Shown here: positions 50,023 through 57,920 of the stretch, in pieces
Position numbering within the stretch: position 1 is the first letter of the stretch
Layout: every line of letters begins with the position of its first letter
IMG/VR virus record: IMGVR_UViG_3300000176_000001
Length of the DNA: 64,000 nt
Source: a virus
Reading direction: 5' to 3' (one strand)
The notes under the pieces: generated by a model
Databases searched by the model: none
What the model was told of the DNA's origin: nothing
The model's input: the letters and a program-made list of their open reading frames with translations, nothing else
Translations under genes and position numbers: made by a program

Positions 50023-50727
50023 ATGTTACCAAAAACATCCTATCCACAATTTGTGCTAGAAGTTCCAAGCACTAAGCAAAAATTAAACTTTAGGCCTTTT
50101 CTTGTTAAAGAAGAAAAGATTTTATTAATGGCAAAAGACAGTGACCAAGAAAGTGATATACTTCTTTCAATAAAACAGGTCGTTAATAACTGCATATTAG
50201 ATGATTTTGATATCGATATATTATCATTATTTGATCTCGAGTATTTGTTTATTCAGATACGCGCTAACTCAGTAAATGATACCGTCAAGGTATCTTATAA
50301 AGATAAAGAAGACGAGAAGATCTATGACTTTGATATTAACCTGAAAAAAATCAATATTATATTTCCAGAAAATGTAAAAAATATTATAAAGATCACTAGC
50401 ACTTCTGGAATACAGTTAAAATATCCAAAGATAACTCTATATGAAGATAAGGAATTCCTAGAGTCCGGAAATGAGGCATTCTTTCAGCTTATAGTAAGAT
50501 GTGTTGATAAGATCTATGAGGGTGATGAAGTCTATGACTGCTCTCAATATACATTAAAAGAAATAGGTGAATATTTAGAGAATCTAGATGTTAAGACATT
50601 CGAGCAGGTCAGAGAATTTATGTCAAATCAGCCAAAGATGTCTTATATTATAAAATATAAGAATTTAAAGGGAAGCGACAGGGAGATCGAGTTAACGACA
50701 CTATCTGATTTTTTTACGCTGCGCTGA
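50023..50727 (+). CDS. gp26: Baseplate hub assembly protein gp26
   Basis: FRPFLVKEEKILLMA...FDLEYLF..IRA.SV; ends LSDFFTLR. Confidence 0.92.
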   Translation: MLPKTSYPQFVLEVPSTKQKLNFRPFLVKEEKILLMAKDSDQESDILLSIKQVVNNCILDDFDIDILSLFDLEYLFIQIRANSVNDTVKVSYKDKEDEKIYDFDINLKKINIIFPENVKNIIKITSTSGIQLKYPKITLYEDKEFLESGNEAFFQLIVRCVDKIYEGDEVYDCSQYTLKEIGEYLENLDVKTFEQVREFMSNQPKMSYIIKYKNLKGSDREIELTTLSDFFTLR

Positions 50728-50900
50728 ACCACAATAATCTAGAGAATTACTATACAACAATATTCTCATTGGCTCAGCACCATAAATACTCAATAAATGA
50801 AGTAGAGAATCTTATACCATTCGAGCGCGACCTCTACGTAGAGATGATAATGCGACACCTCAAAGAGGTGGAAGAACAGAGGAAACAGGCGAATGGCTAA
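50709..50900 (+). CDS. gp51: gp51-like hub assembly protein in the -1 frame of gp26 (absent from the ORF track)
   Basis: Manual translation FFYAALNHNNLENYYTTIFSLAQHHKYSINEVENLIPFERDLYVEMIMRHLKEVEEQRKQANG*, with the QHHKYS..E.EN.IP.ER..Y signature; no ATG upstream of the conserved part. Confidence 0.85.
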   Translation, partial: FFYAALNHNNLENYYTTIFSLAQHHKYSINEVENLIPFERDLYVEMIMRHLKEVEEQRKQANG

Positions 50901-51402
50901 GTTTACAAAACCAGATGATCAAAATACTGATCCTGCTCCAGTTGCACCCGCGCCAGCTCCTGCACCAGCAGTTACAGTAATTGATGTGAATAACAATAAC
51001 CAAAACTCTTCAGTTATAGCACAACAGACTGTTCAAATGGCTTCTGTTCAAGCTACTGCGCAGGCGCAGGCATCAGTGGGTCTAGCGCAGACATCTATCG
51101 ATAAAGAGATTGTAGATGAACAGATAAAGCAAGAAGAAGAGCATTGGGTAAAGGCATATTGGCGCCCAGCAATGGGATGGCTCTATATGGGAATATGCTT
51201 TATGGACTTTATAGGATTCCCACTAATTACCATGTTCTTACCTGTTATATTTAAAGGTCTCGGTGTACAATTTACATATGCTCCATGGCAAAGCCTAACA
51301 TTATCCAATGGTGGATTAATTCACTTGGCATTTGGCGCAATTCTTGGTGTCACAAGCTTCATGCGTGGACAAGAAAAGTTGGCAAAGATAAATGGCCAGT
51401 AA
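50893..51402 (+). CDS. Putative 3TM holin-family membrane protein
   Basis: HWVKAYWRPAMGWLYM, hydrophobic segments, HLAFGAILGV...RGQEK. Confidence 0.75.
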   Translation: MAKFTKPDDQNTDPAPVAPAPAPAPAVTVIDVNNNNQNSSVIAQQTVQMASVQATAQAQASVGLAQTSIDKEIVDEQIKQEEEHWVKAYWRPAMGWLYMGICFMDFIGFPLITMFLPVIFKGLGVQFTYAPWQSLTLSNGGLIHLAFGAILGVTSFMRGQEKLAKINGQ

Positions 51403-53344
51403 AGACCCAAATAGTATTAACTGGTTAGGACGAAAGTACTCTATAACTGACGAGGGTCACGTAGTAGACGAACTCAATAATAAGATAGGCGGCGGAATGG
51501 CCGACACTATCAAAGAGCAAATAGCTATACAACAAGCCGATGCTCAAGAGTCCAAAGCCACTAAGAAACAAGAGGCGCCTGCACAACTAGAGCAGCCGAA
51601 ATCGCAAGATAATACTAAAACACCTCTTCCAACAAAGGAAGGAGGTGCACTAGGAGCATTTGGTAGGGCGGCTAGGGCAGTAAACAATAAAATATTCGCT
51701 ACTATGTTCCCTAGACTTTCAGGTCTATTAAAAGAACTAGACACAGATATATCTGAGACGAATAGAGCTAGCGATAAGCTAGACAATAGTATGCAGGGTG
51801 TCTCAGAGCAGCTAAATGAGACTAATAATCTACTAGCTCAATTAAATAATCAAATGACCAAGATGCTTGGTCTACTTGGACAAATATTAAGTAAAGGTGG
51901 TACATCTTCTGGATCATCGTCTTCTGGTGGAAGTATGGCTTCCGCATTTATAGGTGGATTATTAGGTATAGGCGCTGTAGCTGCAATTCCATACATACAA
52001 AAATGGTTAAGTGGTGATAATAAGCCAAATGATATAACTCCAGCATCTGATATCACACCTCCTATAGCAGAGCCACCACCTCCAGTAATCCCAACACCTC
52101 AAGTTCCAGAAAAAAGATCTGACGCTGAGAGGGCGGACACAAATATACGGCTTGCCTCTATACAATCTGATGATACAGCGCAGAGACAGATGGCTGCTAC
52201 GAGGGAGTTTGAGTCTGGATCTTCTGAGATTATAAGCACATATAGCAATATGAACTCCGAGCAGCAATCAAAGGCTGGAGGTCTAGACACTATATTAAAT
52301 TCTTATAAGAGTAATATAGGAAAGAAGTATGGCGTAAGCAGCTTTGCTATGAGAATGTCAGACTATACTACCCAAGAAGGTCAACTTAAGCCATCGTTTG
52401 AGGCGGGTGTAGATGATAAAAAGCCAGTAAATACCGCGAGTGCAGCTCTTGAGGAACTCAAGACAACTTCCGAGAGTTCAAATAGAGACTTAAAGATAGA
52501 TGCCGAGAAAATATCTTTTAACGCAGATGGAATATTATTTAAACAATCTGGAGGTGAAGATACGGAACAGCCTGGTTCTTTTGGAAGTGGAACGACACCA
52601 GAAAGTGGTTATAATTCACCGGGTGGATTCTTCCCAGTACCTAAACCTGAACTTGCCACTGTAAAGTCTAAAGGAGGAGCCTCTGCTCAAGTCGCGGTAA
52701 AGTATAAAGAGAGATTCCAAGGCCTTGTAGACTATCTAGATAACACAAATCCTGGTTATATTAAGGTGCTAGGGGGATACAATAACAGGCCAAATGTTAA
52801 TAATCCTTCTGTACCTAGTTGGCATGCATACGGAGCCGCACTAGATATTAATCCAAGTGAAAATCCAAATGGCTCAACAAAGACTACTCTTCCTCCAGGA
52901 ATAGGAATGGTAGCAAAGAGTTTTGGCTTAGGCTGGGGCATGAATTGGAAAAGTGTAAAAGACCCAATGCACTTCTCTGCTGCACCAAATGAAGGTGGAA
53001 CCGGAGATATATTTGTTCCTAGTTCAACCGGTGGATCTGGAACAGAGACTCAGTCACAACAAACACCTAATTTTGTAAGGCCTACAATAACCCAAGGTAC
53101 TAATCTTGCTGCAGCTACATCTATATCGAGCTCGACGGCACCAAGTTCAGCACCATCACAAACAACCACTCCTGTAAAATCATCCCCACCAACAACACCA
53201 ACTGGTCCAGGAGCTCCAGCTAAACTAAGGGACTCAAATGTAGTCGGTTTAGTCGAGCCACCTGACGCCCACGCCATGTATCCAGTATGGTTTGGTCCAG
53301 CAATAAGTCCAAAATATAATAATAGACACGACGAAGTAAGATAA
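51392..53344 (+). CDS. Tape-measure/hub-like protein with M15-family peptidoglycan peptidase domain
   Basis: Coiled coil and hydrophobic segment; GGYNNR...SWHAYGAALDINP...WGMNW...DPMHF. Confidence 0.75.
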   Translation: MASKDPNSINWLGRKYSITDEGHVVDELNNKIGGGMADTIKEQIAIQQADAQESKATKKQEAPAQLEQPKSQDNTKTPLPTKEGGALGAFGRAARAVNNKIFATMFPRLSGLLKELDTDISETNRASDKLDNSMQGVSEQLNETNNLLAQLNNQMTKMLGLLGQILSKGGTSSGSSSSGGSMASAFIGGLLGIGAVAAIPYIQKWLSGDNKPNDITPASDITPPIAEPPPPVIPTPQVPEKRSDAERADTNIRLASIQSDDTAQRQMAATREFESGSSEIISTYSNMNSEQQSKAGGLDTILNSYKSNIGKKYGVSSFAMRMSDYTTQEGQLKPSFEAGVDDKKPVNTASAALEELKTTSESSNRDLKIDAEKISFNADGILFKQSGGEDTEQPGSFGSGTTPESGYNSPGGFFPVPKPELATVKSKGGASAQVAVKYKERFQGLVDYLDNTNPGYIKVLGGYNNRPNVNNPSVPSWHAYGAALDINPSENPNGSTKTTLPPGIGMVAKSFGLGWGMNWKSVKDPMHFSAAPNEGGTGDIFVPSSTGGSGTETQSQQTPNFVRPTITQGTNLAAATSISSSTAPSSAPSQTTTPVKSSPPTTPTGPGAPAKLRDSNVVGLVEPPDAHAMYPVWFGPAISPKYNNRHDEVR

Positions 53345-53345
53345 C

Positions 53346-55811
53346 ATGGATAATTTTAAGGCTGCTGCTAATGAAGATACTTTATCAGATGTAAGTACGT
53401 CAATGGCGTCACTAGACGCGTCTCTGAATGTTGTTACTGAGAAATTTGACCAGGTATTTCAGGATAATAAGAGAACTTTTACAAAAGCGGATGATCATGC
53501 TCAGGACTATGTCGGGGCATTTAGAATTGTAAATGAGACTCTTAGACAAATAGTCAATAAGCAAGTTCAGGCAGTCGATATTTTAACTTCTATCAATAAT
53601 GCCGAAGATGATAGTAAAAACCTATTAGATATATTAGGCACGAAGCTCAGAGATAAGTTAAAAGAGAGAGAAAAAGCTAAAGAAAAAGCTAAAGAAGAAG
53701 AAAAAGCCAAAGAAGAAGAAAAAGAGCGCGAGAAAGAACGTGAGAGAGAAAAAGAGCGTGAGAGAGAGCGTGCAAATGCAGAAGAAGAGAAGAAATCTAA
53801 TGAAAAGAGACAAAAAGACCTAAAAGAAGAGAACGAAAAGGCCTCTAAAGAGAGAGAAGATAAAAATAAGGCTAGAGAACCTAGACCGGTCGAGAGGGTT
53901 ACAAAGGATAATGCAGCTAAGGTCGAGAAGCAAGTTGAGAAGATTGATGAAATTACTGATGATAGTGGAAGATTTAGATATAATCCCGAATTAGATCGTT
54001 GGGTTGATCAATATAAAGGTAGAGGTGGCGGTCATATTATATCTGATGCTACAGCGGCAGACTTAGGGCTTGAGGATAGACCGTCTATAAAAAGAAGATT
54101 GGCTGCTGGCGAAGATGTAAATGCGCACGGGACACGAGTTGCGCCTCCTCCACCACCCAAGACTGCTGCTCCAGTTACTACTCCCGAGTTTAGAAAGCCA
54201 CCTGGTGTTTTTAATAAGTATGTCCCAAAAGCCGTTGGGGCAACTGCAGAAGTATTAACGTACGTAGCTGCTTATGAACTTTTAAAAGACACGATAGTCA
54301 CTATAATAGAGATTGCAACGCTAGCTGCGGATAAAGATCCGAATTTAAAAGACGATTCTATAAAGAAAATAGCAATACTTACTAGAGAGTATGGACTAGC
54401 TGCAGTTGGGTTTACAGTAGCTATAGTTGTAGATAGTTTAATAGGAACATTAGTAGGCGCGGCTGCTGGAGCCGGTGTCGGTGCTTTAGCAGGACTAATT
54501 GCTGGTTTACTAGCCGCTATGACGTCGGTGGAGATTGTAAATCACTTCTCTAGTGAAGAGGATATGGTAAACTGGATTATAATTAGTATAAAGAAAGCTC
54601 TAGTCGCAGCAGGTCTGGGTGATAGTAATGATGAAGAGGATATTAGAAAATACTCAGAGGCTTTAGGCAAAGAATTAAATGATGTAAAGAATTTAAAGAG
54701 AGAAGACTTCGTTCCTAATGATCCTCTAGAAGGACCAGGAGGTGAGAACTATCGATACTTCCGTGAAGGTGGTATATCGGATGGTCCCGAGAGTGGATAT
54801 ACAGCTACTCTTCACGGAAAAGAGCTTATCATACCTCTTGAGGCAGATGGATCACTATCGCTTAGAAGCTTAGAGTTCAATGCAAGAAATATAGAGTTTA
54901 ATGCTAAATCTTACATATTCGATACAGGAAATGACAATTTAAATAATCCTATAGGAGGTAGCACCGGGGGAACACCAGGTAGTTTTTCTGGCGGATCGAC
55001 AGGTGGAATGTCAGGGCTAGGTAGAATATCAGCATCAATAAACAATAGCGGAGGTATAACACCTCAGTCTGGAATATCCCCGGGGACTACACCATCTAGT
55101 GGAGGGGGTGGTATGACCCCAATTGACACAAATATAAAGAGCACTCCATTTAGTGGCAGTCAGGGCGACTTCTATAGCAAGATGTATAACTCAGTTTTTG
55201 CAGCGGCTAAAGCTAAGGGACTTCCTAATCCTGAAGTCATAGCACAGCTCGGAGCGTCTCAGAGTGCCGTAGAGACTGGTTACGGTCAGCATATGGTTGG
55301 CAATAATGCTTTTGGAATCAAGGGTCAGGGAACCGCTGGAACTGTTCAAGCAATGACATCAGAGGTTATTGGCGGGCAAACAGCTGGAATGTCACAGGGA
55401 TTTGCCGCTTATAATAGTATTGAGGAGTCTGCGGCTGGTTATGTAGACTTTATATCAAATAATCCTAGATATAAAAACGTACTGGCAGCTACAGATATTA
55501 GCAGCGCTGCTATGGCTATAGCAGCTGCCGGATACGCTACAGACCCTAACTATGCACAAAAGATATACAATATAGCTAATAAATCCGGAACACTAGTAGC
55601 TTCAAATCAAGGAAATGGTAGTATCATGAATAGCGCTGCTGCAGCCGATGTCGTGTACAAAGCTAAACAACAGCAGAGTAGAGGTGGTGATAAAACAGCT
55701 GATTTTAGTTTAAAGGATACAACGAGTGGAGAATCTAAGATTCCTGAAACTACTTTTATCTGGCAGGATATGCCATTAACTGAGAGACTAATCGGCGTAA
55801 CTCATTCATAA
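53346..55811 (+). CDS. Tape-measure-like protein with GH73 (FlgJ-like) glucosaminidase domain
   Basis: E/K/R-rich helix; GAAAGAGVG hydrophobic stretch; GGISDGPESGY..LHGKELIIPL; QSAVETGYG..NNAFGIKG...YATDPNYAQKI. Confidence 0.8.
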   Translation: MDNFKAAANEDTLSDVSTSMASLDASLNVVTEKFDQVFQDNKRTFTKADDHAQDYVGAFRIVNETLRQIVNKQVQAVDILTSINNAEDDSKNLLDILGTKLRDKLKEREKAKEKAKEEEKAKEEEKEREKEREREKERERERANAEEEKKSNEKRQKDLKEENEKASKEREDKNKAREPRPVERVTKDNAAKVEKQVEKIDEITDDSGRFRYNPELDRWVDQYKGRGGGHIISDATAADLGLEDRPSIKRRLAAGEDVNAHGTRVAPPPPPKTAAPVTTPEFRKPPGVFNKYVPKAVGATAEVLTYVAAYELLKDTIVTIIEIATLAADKDPNLKDDSIKKIAILTREYGLAAVGFTVAIVVDSLIGTLVGAAAGAGVGALAGLIAGLLAAMTSVEIVNHFSSEEDMVNWIIISIKKALVAAGLGDSNDEEDIRKYSEALGKELNDVKNLKREDFVPNDPLEGPGGENYRYFREGGISDGPESGYTATLHGKELIIPLEADGSLSLRSLEFNARNIEFNAKSYIFDTGNDNLNNPIGGSTGGTPGSFSGGSTGGMSGLGRISASINNSGGITPQSGISPGTTPSSGGGGMTPIDTNIKSTPFSGSQGDFYSKMYNSVFAAAKAKGLPNPEVIAQLGASQSAVETGYGQHMVGNNAFGIKGQGTAGTVQAMTSEVIGGQTAGMSQGFAAYNSIEESAAGYVDFISNNPRYKNVLAATDISSAAMAIAAAGYATDPNYAQKIYNIANKSGTLVASNQGNGSIMNSAAAADVVYKAKQQQSRGGDKTADFSLKDTTSGESKIPETTFIWQDMPLTERLIGVTHS

Positions 55812-55838
55812 AAAAAAATGGGGAGCCGAAGCTCCCCA
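55810..55838 (-). terminator. Rho-independent terminator with cUUCGg tetraloop after gp32
   Basis: Minus strand TGGGGAGC-TTCG-GCTCCCCA followed by 9 T; sits at the junction of convergent operons. Confidence 0.9.
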
Positions 55839-55863
55839 GTGTCCTAGGCGATAAAGGAACAAA

Positions 55864-56781
55864 TCACCTAGCTAAGCTCTTAAAGAACTCCAACCCATCA
55901 TCGTCATCGTCGTCTGATATAGGAGCAGGCGCAGACTTAAATGCTGGAGCAGACGTCTCAGGCGCGTCATAGTCATCACCGAGAGAAGGTGCAGCCTTAG
56001 CGCGGGCGGCTGCTGGAGTCATACCGAGTGTTGAGTCGTCACGACCAAGCACCTTGTTTAACTTAGCCTTGAGCTCATCATAAGACTTAAAGTTCTTGGG
56101 GTCAAGGAACTCTTGTAGAGAGTGTTCCTGCTTCCAGATAGACTCCATCTCACTGTCGTCAGCGAGAGGGCCCGGCTTAGCAAACTCAGACTTATCGTAG
56201 TTGCGATAGCTCTCGACATTACGGATCTTAAGCTTGAAGTTAGCACCAGCCCATAAGTCGAATGGATTCATTGCGTCCTCGTCAGCAAACTCAGGGTTCA
56301 TAGCCTCGTTGAGCTTATCAAAGATCTTCTTGCCATACTTGAACAAGAACACCTTGCCTTCGTTCTCTGGATTCTGCTGGTCAGTAATGACATAGACGTT
56401 AGAGATAAAGTTGAGCTTACGCTTCTGTGCGCGAGCTATCTCTTTGTCTGAGTCGAGTCCTGAGTTCCAGAGCTGAGAATTAAGTTCACCGACTGGGTCT
56501 TGTTTGCCGAGTGTCGTAAGGGAATTCTCGATGTACCATGAACCGGTTGGACCCTTAAATCCGTGCTCGAAGAGGCGAACGAATGGCATATCCTCGCCCT
56601 GAGGAGGTGGTAAGAAGCGGATAACTGCATAGCCGTTGCCTGCCTTATCTACGTTAGGGTACCAGAAGCGGTCATCTTTGCGGTTCTCTGTTTTACCGCC
56701 GGTTTGGAGCTTTGTTAGCTCTGCGGTAAGACGCTCGAGTGACGACTTACCTGAATTTGATTTAAGTTGACTAAAGTCCAT
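55864..56781 (-). CDS. gp32: Single-stranded DNA-binding protein gp32
   Basis: DDRFWYP..DKAGNGYAVIRFLP...WYIENSLTT..DPV...GKKIFDK...NYDKSEF; acidic tail. Confidence 0.97.
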   Translation of the reverse strand: MDFSQLKSNSGKSSLERLTAELTKLQTGGKTENRKDDRFWYPNVDKAGNGYAVIRFLPPPQGEDMPFVRLFEHGFKGPTGSWYIENSLTTLGKQDPVGELNSQLWNSGLDSDKEIARAQKRKLNFISNVYVITDQQNPENEGKVFLFKYGKKIFDKLNEAMNPEFADEDAMNPFDLWAGANFKLKIRNVESYRNYDKSEFAKPGPLADDSEMESIWKQEHSLQEFLDPKNFKSYDELKAKLNKVLGRDDSTLGMTPAAARAKAAPSLGDDYDAPETSAPAFKSAPAPISDDDDDDGLEFFKSLAR

Positions 56782-56844
56782 ATGTATTCTCCGTATTAAT
56801 AATATTGATCGTATTTTACTGTTTGAGCCGTATAGCGCTCAAAC

Positions 56845-57297
56845 TTATTTATCTTTCCTGGAGTCGAGATATTTCATATAAAGCCCGCGCTCGCGCCCGT
56901 AAGCCTCAATCTCCCAAGGAAGGAACCAGTAGTCTATCTCGTCGCGATCATAGATCTTTCCATTAAAGCGACACTTCGAACCACGCGAGTAGTCAAATAA
57001 TTCATTCTTAGCGAACTGCTTAAGATGAACCATCTCATGAGCTAGTAGTTGCAATAGATCTTCAGCTTTTAGAGAAGGTCTTACTACTATCTCAAATATG
57101 CGAGGTGACTTATTATTATCCATCCAGTCACAGTATCCATCAATACCTTTAGCTAGATGCTTCTTAGATAGGATAATCTTTAGCTCTATCTGTGAGCTAA
57201 TTTTTTCTGATAAAAGGTACTCAGCATAGAGCTCAGCTGCTCTACGTATATCCTTTTTCTTAAGATGCTTTGCCTTGCCTTTGATCTCTATCAACAT
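56845..57297 (-). CDS. HEXXH zinc metallopeptidase-like protein
   Basis: LAHEMVHLKQ ... Y..LPWEIEAYG. Confidence 0.75.
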   Translation of the reverse strand: MLIEIKGKAKHLKKKDIRRAAELYAEYLLSEKISSQIELKIILSKKHLAKGIDGYCDWMDNNKSPRIFEIVVRPSLKAEDLLQLLAHEMVHLKQFAKNELFDYSRGSKCRFNGKIYDRDEIDYWFLPWEIEAYGRERGLYMKYLDSRKDK

Positions 57298-57315
57298 GTA
57301 TATCTCCTCAATCTT

Positions 57316-57345
57316 AATATATCATGCTGCTATAGATATGTACAC
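57316..57345 (-). promoter_or_regulatory. Early-type promoter GTGTACA-N17-TATATT
   Basis: One of four intergenic GTGTACA elements with a downstream -10 box. Confidence 0.7.
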
Positions 57346-57572
57346 TAGAAAGGTAGGCTAACAGTTTTTTTCATGAAGTTGAGCTCCTCGGCTTCCATGA
57401 GTATCTTTGACTTAAAGACTGGATCTTTCTTAATGATAGAGGCGACATACTCCACCTCGACATTGTTCTTCTCACACCAGAAGACAACCGCATCGATGTA
57501 CTCGACATTAGTCTTGCGTCTCATGGTGTCAATATCTTCCATGAACTTAGATAGATCGAAAGTTACCTTCAT
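57345..57572 (-). CDS. gp33: Late promoter transcription co-activator gp33
   Basis: YIDAVVFWCEKNNVEVE...K.KI..EAEELNFMKK...LP; near gp32. Confidence 0.9.
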   Translation of the reverse strand: MKVTFDLSKFMEDIDTMRRKTNVEYIDAVVFWCEKNNVEVEYVASIIKKDPVFKSKILMEAEELNFMKKTVSLPF

Positions 57573-57588
57573 GTCATTCCTTTAAATT

Positions 57589-57627
57589 TGGTGGGGCCAC
57601 CAGGACTCGAACCTGGAACCAGACCGT
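57589..57627 (-). pseudogene. Isolated 3' half of a tRNA (about position 38 to CCA)
   Basis: ACGGTC TGGTT CCAGG-TTCGAGT-CCTGG TGGCCCC A CCA; no 5' half adjacent. Confidence 0.8.
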
Positions 57628-57632
57628 GTATT

Positions 57633-57707
57633 TGGTGGACCGAGTAGGATTCGAACCTACGATCGCACTGTTATGAGCAGTGAGCCTTACCGCTTGGCTA
57701 TCAGTCC
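57633..57707 (-). tRNA. tRNA with CAT anticodon (elongator; Ile2 likely, Met possible)
   Basis: GGACTGA...CACTG-CTCATAA-CAGTG...GTAGG-TTCGAAT-CCTAC TCGGTCC A CCA; G1-C72 is paired, so not an initiator. Confidence 0.92.
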
Positions 57708-57708
57708 A

Positions 57709-57807
57709 TTAATTTCTTTTTTCTCCAAGTCTCTCTAGCTCATCTATGAGCTCATAGTCATCGATTTCGTCTAGATCAAAATCAACATCAGTAGTAATAG
57801 TCGGCAT
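57709..57807 (-). CDS. Acidic microprotein (32 aa) between tRNAs
   Basis: AGGAGA RBS then MPTITTDVDFDLDEIDDYELIDELERLGEKRN*. Confidence 0.6.
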   Translation of the reverse strand: MPTITTDVDFDLDEIDDYELIDELERLGEKRN

Positions 57808-57824
57808 AACTATCTCCTAGAATT

Positions 57825-57916
57825 TGGTAGGGGTGGAGGGATTCGAACCCCCTCGAGAACGCTAATCTGGCGCTGAAAGGCTTATAAGGCCTCCCTGTGT
57901 ACCAACACCCACCCCC
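57825..57916 (-). tRNA. Atypical tRNA with TAT anticodon (Ile-UAU) and long variable arm
   Basis: GGGGGTG G GTGT-TGGT-ACAC A GGGAGGC-CTTATAA-GCCTTTC AGCGC-CAGATTA-GCGTT CTCGA GGGGG-TTCGAAT-CCCTC CACCCCT A CCA. Confidence 0.8.
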
Positions 57917-57920
57917 AATA

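Noticed and set aside
53650-53880. Purine-rich simple-sequence tract
   Set aside because: Explained by the E/K/R charged helix of the 821-aa protein
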